From the NCBI GenBank assembly GCA_964016885.1, contig OZ024763.1, positions 4,898,001 through 4,962,000 on the forward strand: a DNA stretch of 64,000 nt, in the 5' to 3' direction. This stretch comes from Eledone cirrhosa (Eukaryota). The stretch's first letter is position 1. Each line of letters opens with the position of its first letter. The notes under the pieces are model-generated. The model was not told the origin of the DNA and ran no database searches. It worked only from the letters and a program-made list of their open reading frames with translations. The translations under genes and the position numbers were made by a program. This document shows, piece by piece, positions 1-13,400 of this stretch.

Positions 1-187
1 TACTCGTTCCTATTACCCACTCTACTACCCTAAGTATTGAGTACTTTGGTGCGTTATGGTCCACCTGGTTCCTTACCACATTTCCTTCATTATATATATA
101 TGTATATATGTGTGTGTGTATATATATATATATGTGTGTGTGTCACACACACTGCCACCACCACCACCACCACCAGATGTGTGTGTA

Positions 188-220
<33 letters not shown>

Positions 221-323
221 GTGTGTGTATATATATATGTGTCTGTGTGTGTATATATATATATATGTGTCTGTGTGTGTGTATATATATATATGTGTCT
301 GTGTGTGTGTGTATATATGTATG

Positions 324-372
<49 letters not shown>

Positions 373-715
373 CTGTGTGTGTGTATATATATATGTGTCT
401 GTGTGTGTGTATATATATATATATGTGTGTCTGTGTGTGTGTGTATATATGTATGTATATATATATAAATGAAGTTGTATATACTTCATTTATACAGCTC
501 CAACTGAGATTGATATATATATATATATATATATGAAATATATATATATATATATATATATATTTCATATAACTGCTCTGTAAATCATCTGATGTTTTTA
601 CATTGAGCTACTTAACTTACTGGTAATAAGGTAGTAATATATTACTGCCTACCACTATTTAGGGTTTGTATAAAAAAATATATATAACTGCAAAAGGTTT
701 TTGTATTTACATAAC

Positions 716-990
716 GGGTGATGTGTTGTTTCCTTGAGCAAGACACTTTATTTCACATTGCTCCAGTTTACTCAGCTGTAGAAATGAGATGATAGGGACT
801 GGGGTCCCTATCATTCCACTGCAAAGTGGTCGTGGAGGTGCCACGGCAAAAAAGCACCCAGCACTCACTGTAAATGAGGTTGGTGTTAGGAAGGGCATCC
901 AGCTGTAGAAATCAAGCCAGAATCAGTTCCCGTCCCACCCTTGCAAGCAGGGAAAAGCGGACGTAAAATGATGATGATGATGATGATGAT
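716..990 (+). mobile_element. tRNA-derived SINE with RTE 3' tail, 5'-truncated
   Basis: Near-identical to the copy at 30361 from GGGTGATGTG onward; (GAT)n tail. Confidence 0.9.
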
Positions 991-1155
991 AACCATAAAT
1001 AGTATAATTAATACTAATTAATGCTATAATTAATACTATATATATATATATATATATATAATCTCAGGGAAAATAGAGATGTCGGAGAGAGAAGTGTGTT
1101 CAAGATGACAATGGTGGTCTTGCAAATAGACAGATAGATAGATAGATAGACATAC

Positions 1156-1277
1156 CTGTTCTCTAGTATTATGGTATCTTGGTAGAGCCGGTCATAAAGA
1201 CAGATCTTCAATTCCATTGATGTTTGTAAAATTCGAACCGGGATGTCATATGCAACTCCGACCAGTTTCACACGAAT
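1156..1277 (-). CDS. CFAP74: CFAP74 coding exon 18 (gene continues beyond position 1)
   Basis: tatcag acceptor, gtatgt donor; IRVKLVGVAYDIPVRILQTSMELKICLYDRLYQDTIILEN matches the recalled CFAP74 motif LKICMYDRLYQD. Confidence 0.95.
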
Positions 1278-1297
1278 CTGATAAATAAACCACAATT

Positions 1298-1878
1298 GAG
1301 AGAGATGAGAACTGACTGGGTATTGAACTGTGACTGAGAGAGATGAGAAATAACTGACTGGGTATTGAACTGTGACTGAGGGAGATGAGAAATAACTGAC
1401 TGGGTATTGAACTGTGACTAAGAGAGATGAGAAATAACTGACTGGGTATTGAACTGTGACTGAGAGAGATGAGAAATAACTGACTGGGTATTGAACTGTG
1501 ACTGAGGGAGATGAGAAATAACTGACTGGGTATTGAACTGTGACCGAGAGAGATGAGAAATAACTGACTGGGTATTGAACTGTGACTGAGAGAGATGAGA
1601 AATAACTGACTGGGTATTGAACTGTGACTGAGAGAGATGAGAAATAACTGACTGGGTATTGAACTGTGACTGAGAGAGATGAGAAATAACTGACTGGGTA
1701 TTGAACTGTGACTAAGAGAGATGAGAAATAACTGACTGGGTATTGAACTGTGACTGAGAGAGATGAGAAATAACTGACTGGGTATTGAACTGTGACTAAG
1801 AGAGATGAGAAATAACTGACTGGGTATTGAACTGTGACTGAGAGAGATGAGAAATAACTGACTGGGTATTGAACTGTG
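1298..1878. repeat. 42-bp minisatellite, about 14 copies
   Basis: Unit GAGAGAGATGAGAAATAACTGACTGGGTATTGAACTGTGACT. Confidence 0.97.
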
Positions 1879-2214
1879 ATGAAAGGCATATATATGGCTA
1901 TATATATATACTGATGTACCCCTTCCATACACATGCACACATGTGTGTATCATGACTCGTGCACTGTTCATTTTACTGATGTTTGTGCATTGCCCTATGT
2001 ACTGTACATGCACTTTTTTTATGCACCTGGGCACTGTACCCAATATTTCATTGTTGTTATTATTATTATATCATGACTCATACACTGTTCATTTTCCTGA
2101 CATTTGTACATTATTCTATGTACTATACATGCACCTTTGATGAGTTGTAGTGCACCTGAGCACTGTACACAATAATTTCATTATTATATATATATATTGA
2201 ATGGTTCTGTTTAC

Positions 2215-2411
2215 CTTTTCTAAGTCGGAATAAGAGAAACTAAAATTGTAGTAACTTCTGAGAGGACCTGGTCGTTTTGGGCGCCACTGAATTTCCAACT
2301 TGACAGAAGAATAAGGGTTTATATATCCAGAACTATGTTTACTAATGGAAATATCAACATCTTCTTGATCCTTCTCATCTAAGGTGGGGTCAGCTGGTTT
2401 CACATCAGAAC
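2215..2411 (-). CDS. CFAP74: CFAP74 coding exon 17 (after a 21.6-kb intron)
   Basis: ttccatag acceptor, gtaaac donor; ...SSGYINPYSSVKLEIQWRPKRPG...FSFSYSDLEK; phase 1-0 fits both neighbours. Confidence 0.85.
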
Positions 2412-2841
2412 CTATGGAAAGAAAATACAACATATATATATATATATATTTGTGTGTGTGTATGTATGAATTTTAGGAGGAGGAAAACTCTGATATAGCA
2501 CCTGCAACCCTGATGGTATCCAATGATGTTGACTTGTTCTTCTTTTTGGTAAATATAATCTTGGTTAAGAGAGTGGGACTGGCTTTGTGCAGTGCCTTTG
2601 CTCACTATAAAAGCTTAACGGCACAGGCATTGCTTTATATCTGGAGATCTCTCTGCACTTGTCGTCACATGGTACCATGGGCCCAGCACTATGTGTCAAT
2701 AATTGTCACAAGTGTAGTGTTTGTACCAGAGTTTTCAAGTCGCTGGCTGGACTAAAAAGTCACACTCGTTCAGCGCATCGGTAGGGGTTCTCCTACATGG
2801 ATATAAAGTAGTGGCCGTACTCGAAAAGGAGTTGGCAGCCA

Positions 2842-2888
<47 letters not shown>

Positions 2889-2939
2889 TATATATATATA
2901 TATATGTATATATAACTATGTATATATATAGATATATAA

Positions 2940-2994
<55 letters not shown>

Positions 2995-3490
2995 TGTAAA
3001 TGTATATATATACGTATTTATATGAGTGTGTGTGTATTATGTGGGTCTCAATATGTAAACTAAACGACTAACACCGACTTCAGAAAAATCATCAACTTCT
3101 GAAGACCTTAAAGTATCCCTACGAAATCTCAATTAATAATTTGTAGAATTGTGAAAGTTATCAAGAAAGCAAGTTAGTAAACTGAAAGGTATGATTTTAC
3201 AAAATAGTAAGTTGAATGAGTTGTTTCCCGTAGATGAAAGACAACAAAACGAAGAGTCTACTGAATGCTAGAAATGGCAGCCACTGATATATTATAAATA
3301 ATGATAGTTTTAGTGGTTAAACAGCCCTCAAATATATGCCATATTCAACAGTTTACCCTACAATACCTTACAAAACTGATGAAAACGCTCTTCAGCGGTT
3401 AAAAATACTAGAAATGACGACTAAATATCCCTCAAATCACAGAGTAGTGACACTGGAATATTTAGAACAAATTCAATGATATATATAATA

Positions 3491-3708
3491 TACGAGGGTA
3501 GGCTGACCAACATACTCTCATGGAATGACCAAATAAGGTTTATTTTTCAACATGCAAGATTTCACAGCTCTAGCATCACTCCTTCATAGGCTGACCAAGA
3601 TACTCTTATGGAATGACCAAATGAGGTTTATTTTTCAACATGCAAGATTTCACACCCTAGCATCACTCCTTCATAGTGAGCCTATGAACTTTTAAGCCTA
3701 CCTTCGTA
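3491..3708 (-). mobile_element. MITE-like element with 2 internal 88-bp monomers (4 monomers at 9426-9819, 5 at 16433-16914)
   Basis: TACGAGGGTAGGCTGA...AGCCTACCTTCGTA termini with TA ends; lengths differ by multiples of 88. Confidence 0.8.
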
Positions 3709-3824
3709 TATGTAAACAATGTATTTATTTAATATACAAATAATTACTATTGCTAAAGTTAAAAAATGTACAAAAAATACTTTAAGTTCAGTTTTTAATT
3801 CATGCAACAATTGTGTCAATAGTT

Positions 3825-4277
3825 AAAGAAATTCGAAATCATTTTTGCACCCATTTTTGCGATTAAGTAAAGACGGAGTTATCGTTCTTGAGATTTCGGC
3901 CCGGAGAAATTTAAGGAACTGATGTCGCTAAATCGCCAAATCATTTACCTGCCCCATTGCACCATGGGAGGGTAATGGCTGCCTTTTATTTTTTAAACGA
4001 TGGCAGATTCTTTAGTTTCTTTCGTAACATCTTGTTCCTTGTTTCATATAAGTAAATAATTAAAACATTTTGGCGAGAAAGATATTAAAGAAACTGCCAT
4101 GGTTTTTAAAAAATAAAAGGCAGCCATTACCCTCCCATGATGCAACGGGGCAGGTAAATGATTTGGCGATTTAGCGACATCAGTTCCTTAAATTTCTCCG
4201 AGCCGAAATCTCAAGAACGATAACTCCGTCTTTACTTAATCGCAAAAATGGGTGCAAAAATTATTTCGAATTTCTTA
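3825..4277. repeat. Palindrome core, about 190-bp arms and about 75-bp spacer (also about 9937-10389 and 17032-17484)
   Basis: AAGAAATTCG...GATGGCAG is mirrored by CTGCCATG...CGAATTTCTT. Confidence 0.93.
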
Positions 4278-4303
4278 GTAATTATACTTACATTGTTTAC
4301 ATA

Positions 4304-7300
4304 TACGAAGGTAGGCTTAAAAGTTCATAGGCTCACTATGAAGGAGTGATGCTAGAGCTGTGCAATCTTGCATGTTGAAAAATAAACCTCATTTGGACAT
4401 TCCATGAGAGTATCTTGGTCAGCCTATGAAGGAGTGATGCTAGAGCTGTGAAATCTTGCATGTTGAAAAATAAACCTCATTTGGTCATTCCATGAGAGTA
4501 TCTTGGTCAGCCTATGAAGGAGTGATGCTAGAGCTGTGAAATCTTGCATGTTGAAAAATAAACCTAATTTGGTCATTCCATGAGAGTATCTTGGTCAACC
4601 TATGAAGGAGTGATGCTAGAGCTGTGAAGTCTTGCATGTTGAAAAATAAACCTCATTTGGTCATTCCATGAGAGTATATTGGTCAGCCTATGAAGGAGTG
4701 ATGCTAGAGCTGTAAAATCTTGCATGTTAAAAAATAAACCTTATTTGGTCATTCCATGAGAGTATCTTGGTTAGCCTATGAAGGAGTGATGCTAGAGCTG
4801 TGAAATCTTGCATGTTGAAAAATAAACCTCATTTGGTCATTCCATGAGAGTATCTTGGTCAGCCTATGAAGGAGTGATGCTAGAGCTGTGAAATCTTGCA
4901 TGTTGAAAAATAAACCTTATTTGGTCATTCCATGAGAGTATCTTGGTCAGCCTATGAAGGAGTGTTGCTAGAGCTGTGAAATCTTGCATGTTGAAAAATA
5001 AACCTCATTTGGTCATTCCATGTGAGTATCTTGGTCAGCCTATGAAGGAGTGATGCTAGAGCTGTAAAATCTTGCATGTTGAAAAATAAACCTCATTTGG
5101 TCATTCCATGAGAGTTTCTTGATCAGCCTATGAAGGAGTGATGTTAGAGCTGTGAAATATTGCATGTTGAAAAATAAACCTCATTTGGTCATTCCATGAG
5201 AGTATCTTGGTCAGCCTATGAAGGAGTGATGCTAGAGCTGTGAAATCTTGCATGTTAAAAAATAAACCTCATTTGGTCATTCCATGACAGTATCTTGGTC
5301 AGCCTATGAAGGAGTGATGCTAGAGCTGTGAAATCTTGCATGTTGAAAAATAAACCTCATTTGGTCATTCCATGAGATTATCTTTGTCAGCCTATGAAGG
5401 AATGATGCTAGGGCTGTGAAATCTTGCATGTTGAAAAATAAACGTCATTTGGTCATTCCATGAGAGTATATTGGTCAGCCTATGAAGGAGTGATGCTAGA
5501 GCTGTGAAATCTTGCATGTTGAAAAATAAACCTCAGTTGGCCATTCCATGAGAGTAGCTTCGTCAGCCTATGAAGGAGTGATGCTAGAGCTGTGAAATCT
5601 TGGATGTTGAAAAATAAACCTCATTTGGTCATTCCATGAGAGTATCTTGGTCAGCCTATGAAGGAGTGATGCTAGAGCTGTGAAATCTTGCATGTTGAAA
5701 AATAAACCTCATTTGGTCATTTCATGAGAGTATCTTGGTCAGCCTATGAAGGAGTGATGCTAGAGCTGTGAAATCTTGCATGTTGAAAAATAAACCCCAT
5801 TTGGTCATTCCATGAGAGTATCTTGGTCCGCCTATGAAGGAGTGATGCTAGAGCTGTGAAATCTTGCATGTTAAAAAATAAACCTCATTTGGTCATTCCA
5901 TGAGAGTATCTTGGTCAGCCTATGAAGGAGTGATGCTAGGGCTGTGAAATCTTGCATGTTGAAAAATAAACCCCATTTGCTCATTCCATAGAGTATATTG
6001 GTCAGCCTATGAAGGAATGATGCTAGAGCTGTGAAATCTTTTATGTTGAAAAATAAACCTCATTTGGTCATTCCATGAGAGTATCTTGGTTAGCCTAAGA
6101 AGGAGTGATGCTAGAGCTGTGAAATCTTGCATGTTGATAAATAAACCTCATGTGGTCATTCAACGAGAGTTTCTTGGTCAGCCTATGAAGGAGTGATGCT
6201 AGAGCTGTGAAATCTTGCATGTTGAAAAATATACCTCATTTCGTCATTCCATGAGTGTATCTTGGTTAGCCTATGAAGGAGTGATGCTAGAGCTGTGAAA
6301 TCTTGCATGTTGAAAAATAAACCTCATTTGGTCATTCCATGAGAGTTTCTTGGTCAGCCTATGAAGGAGTGATGCTAGAGCTGTGAAATCTTGCATGTTG
6401 AAAAATAAACCTCATTTGGTCATTCCATGAGAGTAGCTTGGTCAGCCTATGAAGAGGTGATGCTAGAGCTGTGAAACCTTGGATGTTGAAAAATAAACCT
6501 CATTTGGTCATTCCATGAGAGTATCTTGGTCAGCCTATGAAGGAGTGATGCTAGAGCTGTGAAATCTTGCATGTTGAAAAATAAAGCTCATTTGGTCATT
6601 CCATGAGAGTATCTTGGTCAGCCTATGAAGGAGTGATGCTAGAGCTGTGAAATCTTGCATGTTGAAAAATACACCTCATTTGGTCATTCCATGAGAGTAT
6701 CTTGGTCAGCCTATGAAGGAGTGATGCTAGAGCTGTGAAATCTTGTATGTTGAAAAATAAACCTAATTTGGTCATTCCATGAGAGTATCTTGGTCAGCCT
6801 ATGAAGGAGTGACGCTAGAGCTGTGAAATCTTGCATGTTGAAAAATAAACCTCATGTGGTCATTCCATGGGAGTATCTTGGTCAGCCTATGAAGGAGTGA
6901 TGCTAGGGCTGTGAAATCTTGCATGTTGAAAAATAAACCCCATTTGGTCATTCCATGAGAATATCTTAGTCAGCCTATGAAGGAGTGATACTAGAGCTGT
7001 GAAATCTTGCATGTTAAAAAATAAACCCCATTTGGTCATTCCATAGAGTATATTGGTCAGCCTATGAAGGAATGATGCTAGAGCTGTGAAATCTTGCATG
7101 TTGAAAAATAAACCTCATTTGGTCATTCCATGAGAGTATCTTGGTTAGCCTATGAAGGAGTGATGCTAGAGATGTGAAATCTTACATGTTGATAAATAAA
7201 CCTCATTTGGTCATTCCACGAGAGTTTCTTGGTCAGCCTATGAAGGAGTGATGCTAGAGCTGTGAAACCTTGCATGTTGAAAAATAAACCTCAATTGGTC

Positions 7301-7857
7301 ATTACATGAGAGTAGCTTGGTCAGCCTATGAAGGAGTGATGCTAGAGCTGTGAAACCTTGCATGTTAAAAAATAAACCTCATTTGGTCATTCCATGAGAG
7401 TATCTTGGTCAGCCTATGAAGGAGTGATGCTAGAGCTGTGAAATCTTGCATGTTGAAAAATAACCCTCATTTGGTCATTCCATGAGATTATCTTGGTCAG
7501 CCTATGAAGGAGTGATGCTAGAGCTGTGAAATCTTGCATGTTGAAAAATAAAAGTCATTTGGTCATTCGATGAGAGTATATTGGTCAGCCTATGAATGAG
7601 TGATGCTAGAGCTGTGAAATCTTGCATGTTGAAAAATAAACCTCATTTGGTCATTCCATGAGAGTATCTTGGTCAGCCTATGAAGGAGTGATGCTAGAGC
7701 TGTGAAATCTTGCATATTGACAAATAAACCTCCTTTGGTCATTCCATGAGAGTATCTTGGTCAGCCTATGAAGGAATGATGCTAGAGCTGTGAAATCTTG
7801 TATGTTGACAAATAAGCCTCATTTGGTCATTCCTTGAGAGTATCTTGGTCAGCCTAT
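4304..7857 (+). repeat. 88-bp satellite array 1 (about 40 copies), headed by a mariner-type TIR
   Basis: Monomer CTATGAAGGAGTGATGCTAGAGCTGTGAAATCTTGCATGTTGAAAAATAAACCTCATTTGGTCATTCCATGAGAGTATCTTGGTCAGC; period 4336 to 4424. Confidence 0.97.
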
Positions 7858-7858
7858 T

Positions 7859-8003
<145 letters not shown>

Positions 8004-8072
8004 CTATCTATCTATATATATATATATATGTATGTATATCTATATATATATATATGTATGTATATATATATA

Positions 8073-8680
8073 TGGATGTCAGGTCACCAGTTGGTGCTAC
8101 TGGTAACATGTATCCCAGTACAACCTGTCTCATGGTCGGGTCGTTGGCGACTAAACTGGCAACCCCACCAAGGTTTCTTGGTGAGGAGGGTGACTTTGGA
8201 CATCCTGCAGGACTAAAAAAAAAACTGTTAAAGGGCAAAGGAGCTCTTAAGAGTCAATGGCCATCCAAAATCACCGGGAGAGATGACCCCTTAGCCTTTG
8301 TCAAGGCAGAATTGTAGGCGAAGGAAAACTCTGATATAACACCTGCAACCCTGATGGTATCCAATGATGTTGACCTGTTCTTCATTTTGGTAAATATCAT
8401 CTTGGTTAAGAGAGTGGGACTGGCTTTGTACAGTGCCTTTTCTCACTATAAAAGCTTCACGGCACAGGCATTGCTTTATATCTGGAGATCTCGCTGCACT
8501 TGTCACATGGTACCATGGGCCCAGCACTATGTGTCAATAATTGTCACAAGTGTAGTGTTTCTACCAGAGTTTTCAAGTCGCTGGCTGGACTAAATAGTCA
8601 CATTCGTTCAGCGCATCGGTAGGAGTTCTCCTTCATGGATATAAAGTAGTGGCCGTACTCGAAAGCGAGTTGGCAGCCAC

Positions 8681-8682
<2 letters not shown>
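8073..8682 (+). mobile_element. Roughly 610-bp non-autonomous RTE-derived element; further copies 15068-15677, 2475-2843 (5'-truncated), 21236-21376 (3' end only), diverged relative 30120-30806
   Basis: Ends in a C2H2 remnant [24 protein letters not shown] (read from the 2475 copy) followed by (TA)n; GAAGGAAAACTCTGA motif recalled from RTE 5' regions. Confidence 0.65.
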
Positions 8683-8714
<32 letters not shown>

Positions 8715-10424
8715 AAAAACGATTCTATATACATGTTTTATGGTATATAGCTCTGATTATTTAATTTATTAATTCTTCATTGAGCCAGAAAGTGACACGT
8801 TGCAAAGCACATATATATTTATTACTTTATATATATATATTTATATACGTATATATAACTATGTATATATATATAGATATATAAGTGTATATATATATAT
8901 ATGTAAATGTATATATATACGTATTTATATGTGTGTGTGTGCGTGTGTATTATGTGGGTCTCAATATGTAAACTAAACGACTAACACCGACTTCAGAAAA
9001 ATCAGTGTTAGTCGATTAGAAAAATCATCAACTTCTGCGACCTTAACGTATCCCTACAAAATCTCAATTAATAATCTGTAGAATCGTGAAAGTTATCAAG
9101 AAAGCAAGTTAGTAAATTGAAAGGTATGATTTTACAAAATAGTAAGTTGAATGAGTTGTTTCCCTTAGATGAAAAACACGAAAACGAAGAGTCTACTGAA
9201 TGCTAGAAATGGCAGCCACTGAAATATTATAAATAATGATTGTTTTAGGGGTTAAACAACCCTCAAATATATGCCATATTCAACAGTTTACCCTACAATA
9301 CCTTACAAAACTGATGAAAACGCTCTTCAGCGGTTAAAAATACTAGAAATGGCGACTAAATATCCCTCAAATCACAGAGTAGTGACACTGGAATATTTAG
9401 AACAAATTCAATGATATATATAATATACGAGGGTAGGCTGACCAACATACTCTCATGGAATGACCAAATGAGGTTTATTTTTCAACATGCAAGATTTCAC
9501 AGCTCTAGCATCACTCCTTCATAGGCTGACCGATATACTCTCATGGAATGACCAAATGAGGTTTATTTGTCAACATGCAAGATTTCACAGCTCTAGCATC
9601 AGTCCTTCATAGGCTAACCAAGATACTCTCATGGAATGACCAAATGAGGTTTATTTTTCAACATGCAAGATTTCACAGCTCTAGCATCACTCCTTCATAG
9701 GCTGACTAAGAAACTCTCATGGAATGACCAAACGAGGTTTATTTTTCAAGATGCAAGATTTCACACCCTAGCATCACTCCTTCATAGTGAGCCTATGAAC
9801 TTTTAAGCCTACCTTCGTATATGTAAACAATGTATTTATTTAATATACAAATAATTACTATTGCTACAGTTAAAAAATGTACAAAAAATACTTTAAATTC
9901 AGTTTTTAATTCATGCAACCATTGTGTCAATAGTTAAAGAAATTCGAACTAAATTTTTGCACCCATTTTTGCGATTAAGTAAAGACGGAGTTATCGTTCT
10001 TGAGATTTCGGCTCGGAGAAATTTAAGGAACTGATGTCGCTAAATCGCCAAATCATTTACCTGCCCCGTTGCCTCATGGGAGGGTAATGGCTGCCTTTTA
10101 TTTTTTAAACGATGGCAGGTTCTTTAGTTTCTTTCGCAGTATCTTGTTCCTTGTTTCATATAAGTAAATAATTAAAACATTTTGGCGAGAAAGATATTAA
10201 AAAGACTGCCATGGTTTTTAAAAAATAAAAGGCAGCCATTACCCTCCCATGATGCAACGGGGCAGGTAAATGATTTGGCGATTTAGCGACATCAGTTCCT
10301 TAAATTTCTCCGAGCCGAAATCTCAAGAACGATAACTCCGTCTTTACTTAATCGCAAAAATGGGTGCAAAAATTATTTCGAATTTCTTAGTAACTATTTG
10401 TACATTAAATATATTGTTTACATA

Positions 10425-13400
10425 TACGAAGGTAGGCTTAAAAGTTCATAGGCTCACTATGAAGGAGTGATGCTAGGGCTGTGCAATCTTGCAGGTTGAA
10501 AAATAAACCTCATTTGGTCATTCCATGAGAGTATCTTGGTCAGCCTATGAAGGAGTGATGCTAGAGCTGTGAAATCTTGCATGTTAAAAAATAAACCTCA
10601 TTTGGTCATTCCATGAGAGTATCTTGGTCAGCCTATGAAGGAGTGATGCTAGAGCTGTGAAATCTTGCATATTGACAAATAAACCTCATTTGGTCATTCC
10701 ATGAGAGGATCTTGGTCAGCCTATGAAGGAGTGATGCTAGAGCTGTGGAATCTTGCATGTTGAAAAATAAACCCCATCTGGTCATTCCATGATAGTATCT
10801 TGGTCAGCCTATGTAGGAGTGATGCTAGAGCTGTGAAATCTTGCATGTTAAAAAATAAACCTCATTTGGTCATTCCATGACAGTATCTTGGTCAGCCTAT
10901 GAAGGAGTGATGCTAGAGCTGTGAAATCTTGCAAGTTGAAAAATAAACCTCATTTGGTCATTCCATGAGAGTATCTTGGTCAGCCTATGAAGGAGTGATG
11001 CTAGAGCTGTGCAATCTTGCAGCTTGAAAAATAAACCTCATTTGGTCATTCCATGAGAGTATCTTGGTCAGCCTATGAAGGAGTGATGCTAGAGCTGTGA
11101 AATCTTGCATGTTAAAAAATAAACCTCATTTGGTCATTCCATGAGAGTATCTTGGTCAGCCTATGAAGGAGTGATGCTAGAGCTGTGAAATCTTGCATAT
11201 TGACAAATAAACCTCATTTGGTCATTCCATGACAGTATCTTGGTCAGCCTATGAAGGAGTGATGCTAGAGCTGTGAAATCTTGCATGTTGAAAAATAAAC
11301 CTCATTTGGTCATTCCATGAGAGTAGCTTGGTCAGCCTATGAAGGAGTGATGCTAGAGCTGTGAAATCTTGCATGTTGAAAAATAAACCTCATTTGGTCA
11401 TTCCATGAGATTATCTTGGTCAGCCTATGAAGAAGTGATGCTAGGGCTGTGAAATCTTGCATGTTGAATAATAAACGTCATTTGGTCATTCCATGAGAGT
11501 ATATTGGTCAGCCTATGAAGGAGTGATGCTAGAGCTGTGAAATCTTGCATGTTGAAAATTAAACCTCAGTTGGTCATTCCATGAGAGTATCTTGGTCAGC
11601 CTATGAAGGAGTGATGCTAGAGCTGTGAAATCTTGCATGTTGAAAAATAAACCTCATTTGGTCATTCCATGAGAGTATCTTGGTCAACCTATGAAGGAGT
11701 GATGCTAGAGCTGTGATATCTTGCATGTTGAAAAATAAACCTCATTTGGTCATTCCATGAGAGTATCTTGGTCAGCCTATGAAGGAGTGATGCTAGAGCT
11801 GTGAAATCTTGCATGTTGAAAAATAAACCTCATTTGGTCATTCCATGAGAGTATCTTGGTCAGCCTATGAAGGAGTGATGCTAGAGCTGTGAAATCTTGC
11901 ATGTTGAAAAATAACCCTAATTTGGTCATTCCATGAGAATATCTTGGTTAACCTATGAAGGCGTGATGCTAGAGCTGTGAAATCTTGCATGTTGAAAAAT
12001 AAACCTCATTTGGTCATTCCATGAGAGTATCTTGGTTAGCCTATGAAGGAGTGATGCTAGAGCTGTGAAATCTTGCATGTTGAAAAATAAACCTCATTTG
12101 GTCATTCCATGAGAGTATCTTGGTCAGCCTATGAAGGAGTGATGCTAGAGCTTTGAAATCTTGCATGTTGAAAAATAAACCTCATTTGGTCATTCCATGA
12201 GAGTATCTTGGTCAGCCTATGAAGGAGTGATGCTAGAGCTGTGAAATCTTGCATGTTGAAAAATAAACCTCATTTGGTCATTCCATGAGAGTATCTTGGT
12301 CAGCCTATGAAGGAGTGATGCTAGAGCTGTGAAATCTTGCATGTTGAAAAATAAACCTCATTTGGTCATTCCATGAGAGTATCTTGGTCAGCCTATGAAG
12401 GGGTGATACTAGACTGTGAAATCTTGCATGTTAAAAAATAAACCCCATTTGGTCATTCCATGAGAGTTTATTGGTCAGCCTATGAAGGAGTGATGCTAGA
12501 GCTGTGAAATCTTGCATGTTGAAAAATAAACCTCATTTGGTCATTCCATGAGAGTAGCTTGGTCAGCATATGAAGGAGTGATGCTAGAGCTGTGAAATCT
12601 TGCATGTTAAAAAAATAAACCTCATTTGGTCATTCCATGACAGTATCTTGGTCAGCCTATGAAGGAGTGATGCTAGAGCTGTGAAATCTTGCATGCTGAA
12701 AAATAAACCTCATTTGGTCATTCCATAAGATTATTTTGGTCAGCCTATGAAGAAGTGATGCTAGGGCTGTGAAATCTTGCATGTTGAAAAATAAACGTCA
12801 TTTGGTCATTCAATGAGTGTATATTGGTCAGCCTATGAAGGAGTGGTGCTAGGGCTGTGAAATCTTGCATGTTGAAAATTAAACCTCAGTTGGTCATTCC
12901 ATGAGAGTAGCTTGGTCAGCCTATGAAGGAGTGATGCTAGAGCTGTGCAATCTTGCATGTTAAAAAATAAACGTCATTTGGTCATTCCATGAGAGTATCT
13001 TGGTCAGCCTTTGAAGGAGTGATGCTAGAGCTCTGATATCTTGCATGTTGAAAAATAAACCTCATTTAGTCATTCCATGAGAGTATCTTGGTCAGCCTAT
13101 GAAGGAGTGATGCTAGAGCTGTGAAATCTTGCATGTTGAAAAATAAACCTCATTTGGTCATTCCATGAGAGTATCTTGGTCAGCCTATGAAGGAGTGATG
13201 CTAGAGCTGTGAAATCTTGCATGTTGAAAAATAAACCTAATTTAGTCATTCCATGAGAGTATCTTGGTTAACCTATGAAGGCGTGATGCTAGAGCTGTGA
13301 AATCTTGCATGTTGAAAAATAACCCTAATTTGGTCATTACATGAGAGTAGCTTGGTCAGCCTATGAAGGAGTGATGCTAGAGCTGTGCAATCTTGCATGT

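Noticed and set aside
37-568. YI/CV/HT-rich ORFs here and throughout the window
   Set aside because: Dinucleotide microsatellite translations.
707-898. Recurrent [17 protein letters not shown]...
   Set aside because: Antisense reading of the SINE.
3376-3410. CTGATGA followed by a hairpin as a hammerhead (also about 47180 and 61780)
   Set aside because: No GAAA after the stem and no stem I pairing.
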